Origin: Candidatus Magasanikiibacteriota bacterium
GTDB lineage: Bacteria; Patescibacteriota; Patescibacteriia; Magasanikbacterales; GWA2-37-8
NCBI GenBank assembly: GCA_009694865.1
Contig: SICD01000002.1
Coordinates: forward strand, 1 to 61,634
Direction of reading: 5' to 3'
Length of the DNA stretch: 61,634 nt
Below the pieces are notes generated by a model that did no database searches, had not been told where the DNA came from, and was given only the letters and a program-made list of their open reading frames with translations. Made by a program: the position numbers and the translations under genes. Shown here piece after piece: positions 1 through 9,478 of this stretch (the stretch's first letter is position 1; each line of letters starts with the position of its first letter).

Positions 1-265
1 AGGGACAAGAATTGTGATCCCGGATTCGTTTGTTCTCCGTCAGGACAATGCATCCATGCCACGTTGCCGGGGCCAGGCGAGCTCCTGTCCCCTCACCCAT
101 AGAAACCTCACGGCCGGCCCTCAACAAGGAGAAACAGGCAAAACAAAACATACCCCTCTCGCGCAGAACGTGAGTCAGGGGTCCCTCGCCAGGTCACCTC
201 ACTCATTATGGTTACAAAAAAATTGTAATTATGGTAAGGGTGATCTGGGGAAAAAAGAAAATAAA

Positions 266-298
266 AACACTTTACAAAAATTGTAGAGTGTTTTTTGT
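266..298. terminator. Bidirectional rho-independent terminator-like hairpin downstream of hppA
   Basis: 10-bp stem AACACTTTAC/GTAGAGTGTT (one G-U) with a 7-nt loop. An A-run precedes it and a T-run follows, so a U-tract follows the hairpin on either strand. Confidence 0.55.
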
Positions 299-382
299 TA
301 AGTGAGTGCTCTCGGTAGCCCACCCACCCCTACCCCCACAGTCATTCGACATGGCAGGCGACCCGAGCGGGGAATTGACGAC

Positions 383-2380
383 TTATTTTATTAGTAATCC
401 GACGATAAGAAGCGCGACGATGTTGGCTACTTTAATCATGGGGTTAATGGCGGGGCCGGCCGTGTCTTTATACGGGTCGCCTACCGTGTCGCCGGTAACA
501 GCCGCTTGGTGGGCGAAAGAACCCTTGCCGCCGTAGTTGCCTTTTTCAATATACTTTTTGGCGTTGTCCCAGGCACCGCCGCCGGTGGTCATGGAAATTG
601 CCATAAATAGACCGGTAACAATAGTACCAACCAACAGACCGCCCAGCGCCTCAACACCGAAAGCCACTCCGACAATAATCGGGACCACCACGGGAAGAAG
701 GGCGGGAACAATCATTTGACGAATAGCGTCTTTGGTAACAATATCTGAACAAGCGCGGTAGTCGGGCTTAGCGGTGCCTTCCATAATGCCAACAATTTCT
801 TTAAACTGGCGGCGCACTTCTTCCACTACTTTACCGGCCACTTTCCCGACTGATTCCATTAATAAAGCGCCAAACAAATAGGGTAAGAGGCCGCCGATGA
901 ACAAACCGGTGAGTACTTTGGGGTCGTTAATTAAAAATTGAACTGAACCGGGAAGTTTGTGTGTGAAATCGGCGAATAAAACGAGTGACGCGAGGCCAGC
1001 CGAAGCAATGGCATAACCTTTGGTGACCGCTTTGGTAGTGTTGCCAACGGCATCCAGCGGGTCGGTAATAGCGCGCACACTCTCGGGCAGATCGGCCATT
1101 TCGGCAATGCCGCCGGCGTTGTCCGTAATGGGGCCGTAGGCATCAATGGTCACCACAATTCCCGCAAGCGAGAGCATGCTCACAGCCGCGATAGCGATGC
1201 CAAACAGACCGGCTAACCAAAAAGAACCAAGCATGGCGGCTAAAATTGCCAACACGGGTAAAGCGGTTGATTTCATTGATAAGGCGAGGCCGGCGATGAC
1301 GTTAGTACCGTGGCCGGTGGCGCTGGCTTTGGCGATTCCTTGCACTGGTCCATAGCTGGTAGAAGTGTAATACTCGGTGAGCCACACCATCACCGCGGTG
1401 AGAACAAGTCCAATGATAGCGGCTCCATATAGTTTATTTACGGAATACCCGGTGAGATTATTTAAAAGCCACTGAGTGAGCGGGTAAAAAGCCAGTAGAG
1501 ATAAAATTGCGGCGGCGGCCAAGCCTTTATACAAGGCTTGCATTACATTTTGGTTTTTGCCCAAGCGAATAGCCATGGTGCCAAGCATACAAGCTACCAG
1601 CGACGCGCCACCGAGTACCAGCGGATAAACAAGCACACGACTATTGCCCGGGAATAATTGGTCGCCTAATACCATGGCCGCGATAATCGTTATGGCGTAT
1701 GTTTCAAAAAGATCCGCTGCCATTCCGGCGCAATCGCCCACATTATCACCGACATTATCGGCAATTACGGCCGGGTTACGCGGATCATCTTCGGGGATGC
1801 CTTTTTCTACCTTGCCAACGAGATCAGCCCCCACATCCGCGGCTTTGGTATAAATTCCGCCGCCAATTCTGGCAAAAACAGAAATAAGGCTGCCGCCAAA
1901 ACCCAAACCAATCAAAGCCGAGACGTCTTTAGTAATTAAATAAAACGCGGATACACTCATAAGACCAAGACCAGCCACAAGCATACCGGTTACCGAACCA
2001 CCACGCACGGCCATGGTCATTGCAGGCACAAAACCTTTGGTCGCGGCCTCGGCGGTGCGGACGTTGGCACGAACGGAAATACTCATACCAATAATACCAA
2101 CAACACCCGAACAAAGCGCGCCCACTAAAAACCCAACGGCTGTCATCCAATCTATTCCCCGCCCCAGCAGAACAAAAATAATCACGGCCACAATCGCTAT
2201 GGTTTTGTATTGGCGTTTAAGATAAGCGGCCGCCCCTTCCTGCACCGCGCGAGCAATGGCTTGCATACGGTCGCTACCGGCCGATTGTTTCATGATCCAA
2301 GCACTCATAAGAATGCCATACACTACCGCGAGCAAAGCTGGAACCAAGGCTCCAACGAGAATAATTATGTTTTCGGTCAT
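383..2380 (-). CDS. hppA: K+-independent H+-translocating membrane pyrophosphatase
   Basis: 665-aa polytopic ORF with motifs [39 protein letters not shown] and GNTTKA (the Lys variant indicates the K+-independent type). Confidence 0.95.
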   Translation of the reverse strand: MTENIIILVGALVPALLAVVYGILMSAWIMKQSAGSDRMQAIARAVQEGAAAYLKRQYKTIAIVAVIIFVLLGRGIDWMTAVGFLVGALCSGVVGIIGMSISVRANVRTAEAATKGFVPAMTMAVRGGSVTGMLVAGLGLMSVSAFYLITKDVSALIGLGFGGSLISVFARIGGGIYTKAADVGADLVGKVEKGIPEDDPRNPAVIADNVGDNVGDCAGMAADLFETYAITIIAAMVLGDQLFPGNSRVLVYPLVLGGASLVACMLGTMAIRLGKNQNVMQALYKGLAAAAILSLLAFYPLTQWLLNNLTGYSVNKLYGAAIIGLVLTAVMVWLTEYYTSTSYGPVQGIAKASATGHGTNVIAGLALSMKSTALPVLAILAAMLGSFWLAGLFGIAIAAVSMLSLAGIVVTIDAYGPITDNAGGIAEMADLPESVRAITDPLDAVGNTTKAVTKGYAIASAGLASLVLFADFTHKLPGSVQFLINDPKVLTGLFIGGLLPYLFGALLMESVGKVAGKVVEEVRRQFKEIVGIMEGTAKPDYRACSDIVTKDAIRQMIVPALLPVVVPIIVGVAFGVEALGGLLVGTIVTGLFMAISMTTGGGAWDNAKKYIEKGNYGGKGSFAHQAAVTGDTVGDPYKDTAGPAINPMIKVANIVALLIVGLLIK

Positions 2381-2483
2381 ACGGGTGATAGTTAAAAGTT
2401 GAAAGTTACAAAGGTCAAAGGCGCGGTGTCGCCCCGTTGATTTAGTGGCTATTCTATGCTAAACTATCGTCTACGTCAAGCCT

Positions 2484-3806
2484 ATGAAATACAAAGCTTT
2501 GTTGAATATTTTGCGTTTTTTGGTTTATATTAAACGTAGTATTTGGTGGGTGGGGGGTCGATTGCACCGAACCTTTTCTTTTTTATTGACCCCGTTTTGG
2601 CGAATGGCGCGACGAGGACACTATAAAACCGCCTACTTTTTACGGCGCACCGGCTTTACGCCACGCCGCGAGCTTTTGTTAAAACGGAGTTTTTTGCAAT
2701 TGATTCTAGCGGCCATTATCTTTTGTTTAACCATTCCTCAAACTAAGCTACTGGCTAAACCCGACCCTTTTTTCGCGGGGCAAAAAACCATCGCTTACCG
2801 ATTGTTAACTCCGCCGGAAGAATTTGACACGCAGGAAGTAGTATCGAACGAAAACATGGCTAACACTCCCGTGCCAGCGTGGCGGCTTGGGGCGCTGAAT
2901 GCCGGCACACTGACCGGCGGATCGGCTAATTACATAATTCCCGACCAATTATCCGTAGTGGCCGGCGGCCGATCCATCTCCAAGCCTTTCCTTATTCCCG
3001 GCGGCACGGTTGGCGGAGCAAGCCAACGAACTCAAATCGTGGATTATCAAGTTGAACCAGGTGATTCTTTAAGTACTATCGCGTACGAGTTCGGTGTCAG
3101 CGTAGCCACTATTTTGTGGGAAAATGGTTTAACGGAACGCACACTCATTCGACCCGGTGATATTTTGCGCGTTCCACCCACCACTGGCATCTTTCATAAA
3201 GTTGCAAAAAATGACACCCTCCTAAAAATTGCGAAACGATACGGCGTCTCAGCTGACGATATTATTAATTTTAACCATTTAAAAGAAAATGGTAGCGATT
3301 TATTAGTGGGAGAGCGTTTGATGGTGCCGGGCGGTGTCAAACCCAATGAACAGGCTATTGCCCGGGCGCCGCGCACCACCGGCAGTTTCCAACGCATCGC
3401 CACCTTGCCGCGTTCTTTGGCTTCGGCTTCCGCCCGAGGCTTTGTGTGGCCTTCCGGAGTTAAAACTATTACTCAATACTTTAGCTGGCGCCACCATGCC
3501 ATTGACGTTGCTGGACCATGGCAGACACCCAGCTACGCGGCCAAAGCCGGTGTCATAGAAAAATCTCAATGCGGTTGGAACGGCGGTTATGGCTGCTATG
3601 TTATTATTGATCATGGTGGCGGACTTAAAACGCTCTACGCCCACCACTCTGTGCTTTTGGTGTCTCCCGGTGAACGCGTGGAGGCCGGTCAAACCATTGC
3701 GCTGATGGGTAATACCGGTAATGTGCGCGGTCACACCGGTATTCACTTGCATTTTGAGTTTATGATCAACGGGGTGAGGGTGAATCCGCTGGGATACGTG
3801 AGATAA
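2484..3806 (+). CDS. LysM-domain M23 family peptidoglycan metalloendopeptidase
   Basis: Two LysM-like repeats (YQVEPGDSLSTIAYEFGVS, HKVAKNDTLLKIAKRYGVS) plus M23 motifs HHAIDVAG (HxxxD) and GIHLHFEF. N-terminal TM segment; the start codon is uncertain. Confidence 0.85.
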   Translation: MKYKALLNILRFLVYIKRSIWWVGGRLHRTFSFLLTPFWRMARRGHYKTAYFLRRTGFTPRRELLLKRSFLQLILAAIIFCLTIPQTKLLAKPDPFFAGQKTIAYRLLTPPEEFDTQEVVSNENMANTPVPAWRLGALNAGTLTGGSANYIIPDQLSVVAGGRSISKPFLIPGGTVGGASQRTQIVDYQVEPGDSLSTIAYEFGVSVATILWENGLTERTLIRPGDILRVPPTTGIFHKVAKNDTLLKIAKRYGVSADDIINFNHLKENGSDLLVGERLMVPGGVKPNEQAIARAPRTTGSFQRIATLPRSLASASARGFVWPSGVKTITQYFSWRHHAIDVAGPWQTPSYAAKAGVIEKSQCGWNGGYGCYVIIDHGGGLKTLYAHHSVLLVSPGERVEAGQTIALMGNTGNVRGHTGIHLHFEFMINGVRVNPLGYVR

Positions 3807-3842
3807 TACTTAATTCCTTTGAAATACAAAACACTCGTTTTT

Positions 3843-3970
3843 GTCATCCTGAGCAGAGCGAAGGATCTCTGGCTCACTCGTCAATAGACATATAACACCA
3901 GTAATTGGTTGGTGAGCCAGAGATTCTTCCGGAGTTTACACTGAACGTAGTGAACGTGTCGTCAGAATGA
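3843..3970. repeat. Family A inverted-repeat element (GTCATCCTGA...GGATCTCTGGCTCAC arms)
   Basis: Two arms in inverted orientation: GTCATCCTGAGCAGAGCGAAGGATCTCTGGCTCAC and GTGAGCCAGAGATTCTTCCGG...GTCAGAATGA. Related copies occur at 7 or more other sites in the window. Confidence 0.7.
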
Positions 3971-3999
3971 AAACGGTGCATTTCGTAATTCAAAGTAAT

Positions 4000-4263
4000 T
4001 TATCTTGGCAGATCAACCCCCCCTTTATTCCACGGATTACACCGTAAAATTCTCCACACAGTTTTCGGGAGGCCTACCAACAGGCCTCTTTTTTGTATCA
4101 CCTCAACAGCATATTGACTACAGGATGGATAAAAATGACAATACCCGTGTGGAAAGCGGAATTTAAAAAGCCCGTGGTCGGGCGAAATGGTTTTTTGATA
4201 TATTTTAATTAACCAGATAATTGTATTTTTTGGCAGGGATAAGAGAAAAAATAATGTCTGCAT
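4000..4263 (-). CDS. yidD: Membrane protein insertion efficiency factor YidD
   Basis: 87 aa with the motif [19 protein letters not shown]...RILRCNPW. Lies downstream of rpmH-rnpA as in the canonical operon. Confidence 0.85.
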   Translation of the reverse strand: MQTLFFLLSLPKNTIIWLIKIYQKTISPDHGLFKFRFPHGYCHFYPSCSQYAVEVIQKRGLLVGLPKTVWRILRCNPWNKGGVDLPR

Positions 4264-4271
4264 ATACAGCT

Positions 4272-4357
4272 GTCATTCTGAACGAAGCGGGGCGCAGTGA
4301 AGAATCTCTGTCTCAACTACCAAACGGACAGAGATCCTTCGCTGCGCTCAGGATGAC
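4272..4357. repeat. Family A inverted-repeat element
   Basis: GTCATTCTGAACGAAGC...GAAGAATCTCTGTC faces GACAGAGATCCTTCGCTGCGCTCAGGATGAC. It overlaps the last codons of rnpA. Confidence 0.7.
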
Positions 4358-4752
4358 AAATAAATATTTGACCTCTTTAATAATAACATCACTTCTTCGC
4401 TAATCTCGGCGTAATTTTTTTCTAATATATTTTTACGAGCGACAAAAAGCAGATAGCGCCCACCAGTGATACGACCGTCTTTAATAAGGAGGCGAAGCAC
4501 TTCACGAATTTGACGTTTGACGCGATTGCGCTTAACCGCGCTTTTCGACACCTTAAGCCCCACGGTAATGGCCAACTTGAGCTGTTTTTTAAACTTATCC
4601 GGGTCTTCTTTTTTTGGGAAATAATTGGTTATTTTTGCTAATTCTAAATATTTAAGATCCAAAAAAGAACCATTCGCCCAGCGGCCATATTTCATGATGA
4701 GATTAAAATCTCGGACTTTAGTGAGGCGGTTTGATGTTTGGAGCATAATCAC
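4348..4752 (-). CDS. rnpA: Ribonuclease P protein component
   Basis: 134 aa with the RNR-type basic motif VSKSAVKRNRVKRQIREVLR. Located directly downstream of rpmH. Confidence 0.8.
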   Translation of the reverse strand: MIMLQTSNRLTKVRDFNLIMKYGRWANGSFLDLKYLELAKITNYFPKKEDPDKFKKQLKLAITVGLKVSKSAVKRNRVKRQIREVLRLLIKDGRITGGRYLLFVARKNILEKNYAEISEEVMLLLKRSNIYLSS

Positions 4753-4857
4753 TTGGTCTTTAAATTATACACTTTTGCTGTTTTTTTACAATAATAAGGA
4801 ATCTTCTCCGCTCGTTCCGACTCGCTACGAAGTGAATTTTCTCGCGAAAGAAAATTC

Positions 4858-4884
4858 AAACACAAAACCCGCCAACGGCGGGTC
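4858..4884 (-). terminator. Terminator/attenuator-like hairpin between rpmH and rnpA
   Basis: On the minus strand: GACCCGCC-GTT-GGCGGGT followed by TTTGTGTTTG. Confidence 0.4.
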
Positions 4885-4901
4885 TTTGGAAAAATTTGCA
4901 C

Positions 4902-5081
4902 CTAACTCTTAAAGCGGCGTAATTTACCGGTAATTTCATCGGACACGGTGAGCTTTTTGCGACCCTTGGCGCGACGGCGAGCGAGCACTGCTCGGCCTTG
5001 CTTGGTGCTCATGCGCTTCATAAATCCGTGGGAGCGAGCACGTTTACGTTTTTTTGGTTGATAGGTTCGTTTGGTTGACAT
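4902..5081 (-). CDS. rpmH: 50S ribosomal protein L34
   Basis: Hand translation gives [46 protein letters not shown]... (59 aa, below the ORF-track cut-off). Divergent from dnaA. Confidence 0.9.
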   Translation of the reverse strand: MSTKRTYQPKKRKRARSHGFMKRMSTKQGRAVLARRRAKGRKKLTVSDEITGKLRRFKS

Positions 5082-5183
5082 ACATCTAAATTATGGTATT
5101 TTATATAATAATGTATTATTTCAAAAGTAGCAAGAAGTATATAATATTAGAGTGAGTTTGTCAAGTTTAAATGTCAACAGGGT

Positions 5184-5214
5184 TTATTCACAGCTTATTC
5201 ACAGCTTATTCACT
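5184..5214 (+). promoter_or_regulatory. Three tandem DnaA-box-like 9-mers with 11-bp periodicity
   Basis: TTATTCACA, TTATTCACA and TTATTCACT start at 5184, 5195 and 5206. Each is a one-mismatch variant of TTATCCACA, about 90 bp upstream of dnaA. Confidence 0.6.
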
Positions 5215-5304
5215 TTTCTTTTGTTTTAGAACTGTGTTGCCACCCCCGCGCTTGTGTTATAATGAGCGAACGCTTTAAGGCAAAAAAGTATCTACCATTT
5301 AATT

Positions 5305-6696
5305 ATGCAGAATTACGAAATTTGGCAGGCCGTCCTTGGTGAATTAGAACTCTCTATTTCAAAAGCCAACTTCATTACATGGTTTAAAAACACTGGTATT
5401 ATTTCTTATCAAGAAGGTATGGTGGTTTTGTGCGTTCCTAATGCTTTTACCAAAGCCTGGATGGAAAAAAAATACCACCACACCATTATTACATCACTAG
5501 AACGCGTTACCGGCAAACCACTAAAGCGCGTGGAGTATAAAATTGAAAGTCTTAAAAATTTAGCAATTGAGCTGGTTATAACTAACAAGCCGCTGGAGGT
5601 GGCCTTACCGTCGTTTGCTGACCTAACACCAGCTGTACCTGTACAACTTTTCAATAATAATGGTGGTTTTACAGTAAATACTAAGTACCGTTTTGAAAAT
5701 TTTGTTGTCGGAAAAGGAAATGAGCTTGCCTATGCTGCGGCTCAGGCAGTGGTAAATCGACCGGGCACCGCTTATAATCCGTTGTTTATTTATGGCGGCG
5801 TTGGTCTTGGCAAAACGCACCTTATTCAAGCGGTAGGCAACGAATTGCGCAAAAATAATCCCGATATTTCCATTTTATACGTTAGCGCTGAAAAATTTTC
5901 CAACGATTTTATATCTTCAATTAGAGAAAAAACCGTTAAGGATTTTCAAAATCGCTACCGCACCATTGACCTTCTGCTCATTGATGATATCCAATTTATT
6001 GCTGGCAAGGAGGGCACCCAGGAATCGTTTTTCCATACCTTTAACGAGTTGCACCAACAAAATAAGCAGGTTATTCTGACGTCGGACCGGCCCCCCAAAG
6101 CTATCCCGGCCTTGGAAGATCGCTTAAAATCACGCTTTGAGTGGGGGATGATCGCGGATATCGCGGCGCCGGATTTTGAAACACGCGTGGCTATTTTAGA
6201 CCGTAAGTGTCAAGAAAAATTTTTTTTGTTGCCTGTGAAAATTTTGGAAAGCATTGCCACTTCGGTGCAAAGTAATATTCGCGAGTTAGAGGGGGCGCTT
6301 AACAAAATTATTGTGTATCACCAGCTTAAAAATCTGCCACCGAGCCTAGAATCGGTTAAAATGCTTTTGACGAGCTGGGCGGGCACCCCAGTGCGCCAAT
6401 CTTTGACCCCCCGCCAGCTTCTAGAGACGGTTAGCCAATTTTATTCTTTAAATGTTGAGGATATTATTAGTAAAAATCGTGAAAAAAAGATTTCTCTGCC
6501 GCGCCAGGTGATTATGTTTTTAATGCGTGAAGAACTTAAAATGTCTTACCCCGCGATTGGTGGTGAGTTGGGGGGTCGCGACCACACCACCGCGATGCAC
6601 GCCCACGAAAAAATTCGAAGAGAGTTGAACAACGACCTAAAATTAAAACAAGAGGTGGATTTAATTAAGCAAAGAGTCTATGTGAATAACTTGTAA
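5305..6696 (+). CDS. dnaA: Chromosomal replication initiator protein DnaA
   Basis: 463 aa with Walker A GGVGLGKTHL, LLIDDIQF, an AAA+ sensor region, and the C-terminal DNA-binding motif GGRDHTTAMHA. Confidence 0.97.
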   Translation: MQNYEIWQAVLGELELSISKANFITWFKNTGIISYQEGMVVLCVPNAFTKAWMEKKYHHTIITSLERVTGKPLKRVEYKIESLKNLAIELVITNKPLEVALPSFADLTPAVPVQLFNNNGGFTVNTKYRFENFVVGKGNELAYAAAQAVVNRPGTAYNPLFIYGGVGLGKTHLIQAVGNELRKNNPDISILYVSAEKFSNDFISSIREKTVKDFQNRYRTIDLLLIDDIQFIAGKEGTQESFFHTFNELHQQNKQVILTSDRPPKAIPALEDRLKSRFEWGMIADIAAPDFETRVAILDRKCQEKFFLLPVKILESIATSVQSNIRELEGALNKIIVYHQLKNLPPSLESVKMLLTSWAGTPVRQSLTPRQLLETVSQFYSLNVEDIISKNREKKISLPRQVIMFLMREELKMSYPAIGGELGGRDHTTAMHAHEKIRRELNNDLKLKQEVDLIKQRVYVNNL

Positions 6697-6954
6697 GTTA
6701 AGAGTGGATAAGCTTCCTGATTTACAGCTTTTTAATTAACACTCTATTCACGGTTTTTCCCCTGACACGAGACGAGGTGTGCATAAAAAAAATATTTAAA
6801 AATCTTTTCCACCGCGCGCCGTTTTTTCTCCACTTTTCGTAGCGCTTCTTTCCACTGTGTTTTTCTCTAAAACAAAACGTTTTTGCCACTTATCCAGTTC
6901 GCTCACACCCCTTATTACTATTATTAAAATATTTATATATAGTAAACAATAATT
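6681..6954. promoter_or_regulatory. Candidate oriC: DnaA-box cluster plus AT-rich unwinding segment
   Basis: TGTGAATAA (6681), AGTGGATAA (6703), CTATTCACG, TTTTCCACC, TTCTCCACT and TTATCCAGT, followed by an AT-rich tract from about 6914 to 6954 immediately before dnaN. Confidence 0.55.
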
Positions 6955-8082
6955 ATGAGGTTCTCGTGCACCAAGGAAAACTTATCCCTCGCCCTATCAC
7001 TCACTAGTGGTTTAACCGGGAAAAATAGCAACCTACCAATTCTGGGAAGTGTTTTGCTTAAAGCCGATCAGCAAAAAGTTGATGTGATCGCGACTAATTT
7101 AGAGCTGGCTATTGTAGTAAGTGTGCGCGCCAAAATTGACTTGCCGGGCACGTTTACAGTGCCTTCTCGAACCCTCGCTGAATTTGTAGCGCTTCTCCCA
7201 AACGAAAAAGTTGATGTGGAATTAGTGGGAAACGAGCTATTAATACATTGCGCAAAATCAACCACTAAAATTAAAGGCGGACCGGCCGACGAGTTTCCTA
7301 TTATTCCGACTCTCGAGGATGGAAAAGGTTTTTCGGTTGGCAGAAACGATCTTAAATCCGCTTTGTCCCAAGTGCTACCAGCAGTGGCTAAAAACGAAAT
7401 TAGGCCCGAGTTGGCCGGAGTGTTTTTTGGTTTTACCAGCGAAGCCGATGGTGGCAACAAACTTACGTTGGCCTCAACCGACAGCTACCGCTTGGCAGAG
7501 CGGGTGGTGCCGGTGACACAAGCCACCGAGGAGTGTCGGGTGGTAGTGCCTGGTCGCACCGCTCAGGAAATTAATCACTGTTTGCTGGCGAGCGGTGACC
7601 AAGGCGACCCAACGGTTAGCTTGATTTTAACAGACAATCAAATTTCCGTGCGCCACGAAGGGGTGCAAATTATTTCTCGTTTAGTTGAAGGTAATTATCC
7701 CGACTATGCTCAAATTATTCCCACCCAATTTAAAACCACCGCGGTTATCTCGGTTGATAAATTAAACAAAGAGCTTAAGGCGGCAGGAGTTTTTACTACA
7801 AGCGGTGTTAACGCGGCCACCCTGACTTTTAAGCCAACCACCGGGGTTGTAGAAATTACCTCCGCCTCACTTCAAACTGGCGATTATCATTCCGAATTCC
7901 CGGCCGAAATTACCGGCGCCGAAGTCACTGTTTTTCTTAATCACCGCTATGTGCTGGACGGTCTTAGCGCTGCCGGATCCGATACGGTTGAAATTAAAAT
8001 TGTTGACGGTGATAGTCCGTGCCTGATAACAGTGCCGGGAAATAATAATTTTCGTTACGTGGTGATGCCGATTCGGCAATAA
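6955..8082 (+). CDS. dnaN: DNA polymerase III beta subunit (sliding clamp)
   Basis: 375 aa in the canonical position after dnaA. It has a three-domain clamp-like sequence (LASTDSYRLAE, RLVEGNYPDY, MPIR C-terminus). Confidence 0.95.
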   Translation: MRFSCTKENLSLALSLTSGLTGKNSNLPILGSVLLKADQQKVDVIATNLELAIVVSVRAKIDLPGTFTVPSRTLAEFVALLPNEKVDVELVGNELLIHCAKSTTKIKGGPADEFPIIPTLEDGKGFSVGRNDLKSALSQVLPAVAKNEIRPELAGVFFGFTSEADGGNKLTLASTDSYRLAERVVPVTQATEECRVVVPGRTAQEINHCLLASGDQGDPTVSLILTDNQISVRHEGVQIISRLVEGNYPDYAQIIPTQFKTTAVISVDKLNKELKAAGVFTTSGVNAATLTFKPTTGVVEITSASLQTGDYHSEFPAEITGAEVTVFLNHRYVLDGLSAAGSDTVEIKIVDGDSPCLITVPGNNNFRYVVMPIRQ

Positions 8083-8130
8083 TACGAATTACACGGATTG
8101 ACGGGGGCCGATAGGGAAGGAGCAGGGTGC

Positions 8131-8159
8131 TTGACAGACATGTGAAAGTAAAGTATGCT
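8131..8159 (+). promoter_or_regulatory. Sigma70-like promoter, possibly giving a near-leaderless mRNA
   Basis: TTGACA (8131-8136), 17-nt spacer, TATGCT (8154-8159). The preferred ATG at 8166 follows only about 7 nt later. Confidence 0.4.
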
Positions 8160-8165
8160 TTATAT

Positions 8166-9398
8166 ATGCAAGGTAAAAATAAACCACTATTTTCACGTCT
8201 TCTTGAAACAACCCTAACACGCGCTCTGCGTCAACAGCAGTCGTGTCTTATTTTGGGTCCTCGCCAGAGTGGCAAAACTACGCTGGTCAAAAAGGCCTTA
8301 GCGGGCCGGGCGTCAGTTTTGGAGTATCCGCTCCAAAATCCGGCTGTGCGCCAAGGGCTTGAAATCGACCCAGAAAAAATTATTCGCGAGGTTCGGGCTT
8401 TTAAAAAAAATCCTACGGTTTTTATTGATGAGGCGCAGAAGGTTACCACCGTGTTCGATGCGGCGCAATATCTAATTGACGAACATCGAGCGAATTTTAT
8501 ATTGACCGGCTCATCGGCTCGTCAGTTGCGGCGGCGAGGGGCCAATCTTTTACCCGGACGCATCCGTCACTTTTATTTGGATCCTTTGCTTTGGGCTGAG
8601 CTAGGCTATCTTCGTGGTGCGACCATTCAACCCCTGGCAGTTAAAAACATCAATCCACTTTCGACCTACACGTTTTTTGATTCGCTGGTTTATGGAACCC
8701 TGCCGCGGGTAGCGCAGCTTCCTCGCGGCGAGCGCGCCGCGTATTTGCGGTCGTACGCCGAATTATATCTTGAAGAAGAAATCCGCGCCGAGGCGTTGAG
8801 TAGGAACCTTGGCGCTTTTGCCCGATTTTTAGAGTTGGCCGGGGCTGAATCTGGCACCGCGCCTAATTTGAGCAAGCTGTCACAAGAGACCGGCGTGAGT
8901 CAACCAGCTATTAAAGAGTTTTATCGGGTTTTAGAAGATACGCTAATCGCGATTCGCGTTGATCCCTATATCAAAAACGCTCGCAAGCGCATACTGTCTT
9001 CTTCGCGATATTATCTGTTTGATCTTGGGGTGCGTAACGCCGTGGCGCGTTTGCCACTTACCCCGCGTCTTATTAATGCCCAAAAAGGAATTTTGTTCGA
9101 ACACGCCGTGGTACTGGAATTGGTGCGCCGGGTGCGTGCGCTGAATAAAAATTATCGCATCTGCTACTGGCGCACCAGCGGCGGCGCCGAAGTGGATTGC
9201 GTAGTGGACATGGGAGCGCGCCTTATTCCTATTGAAATAAAAGCCTCCGAGCGGGTAAAACTCTCGGAGCTTACTGGACTGAAACATTTTTTGCTTGATT
9301 ATAAAAAATATGCCCGTCATGGCTACGTTATTACTTTAGGCAATCGTCCCGAGCAGTTGGCTGAAAACATAACGGCCGTGCCGTGGAACTATCTTTAA
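8166..9398 (+). CDS. AAA+ ATPase with C-terminal DUF4143-like domain
   Basis: Walker A LGPRQSGKTTL, Walker B VFIDEAQ, and a C-terminal pattern GGAEVDCVV...IPIEIK typical of AAA_14/DUF4143 proteins. The start was trimmed from the track ORF at 8127. Confidence 0.75.
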   Translation: MQGKNKPLFSRLLETTLTRALRQQQSCLILGPRQSGKTTLVKKALAGRASVLEYPLQNPAVRQGLEIDPEKIIREVRAFKKNPTVFIDEAQKVTTVFDAAQYLIDEHRANFILTGSSARQLRRRGANLLPGRIRHFYLDPLLWAELGYLRGATIQPLAVKNINPLSTYTFFDSLVYGTLPRVAQLPRGERAAYLRSYAELYLEEEIRAEALSRNLGAFARFLELAGAESGTAPNLSKLSQETGVSQPAIKEFYRVLEDTLIAIRVDPYIKNARKRILSSSRYYLFDLGVRNAVARLPLTPRLINAQKGILFEHAVVLELVRRVRALNKNYRICYWRTSGGAEVDCVVDMGARLIPIEIKASERVKLSELTGLKHFLLDYKKYARHGYVITLGNRPEQLAENITAVPWNYL

Positions 9399-9478
9399 GA
9401 GCCACCTCATTTTTGTGGCACGCGGTGGAGGAGCTTTGGTGGAAGGGGAAAAAAGAAAGGGAGTTTAAATTATTTCTT

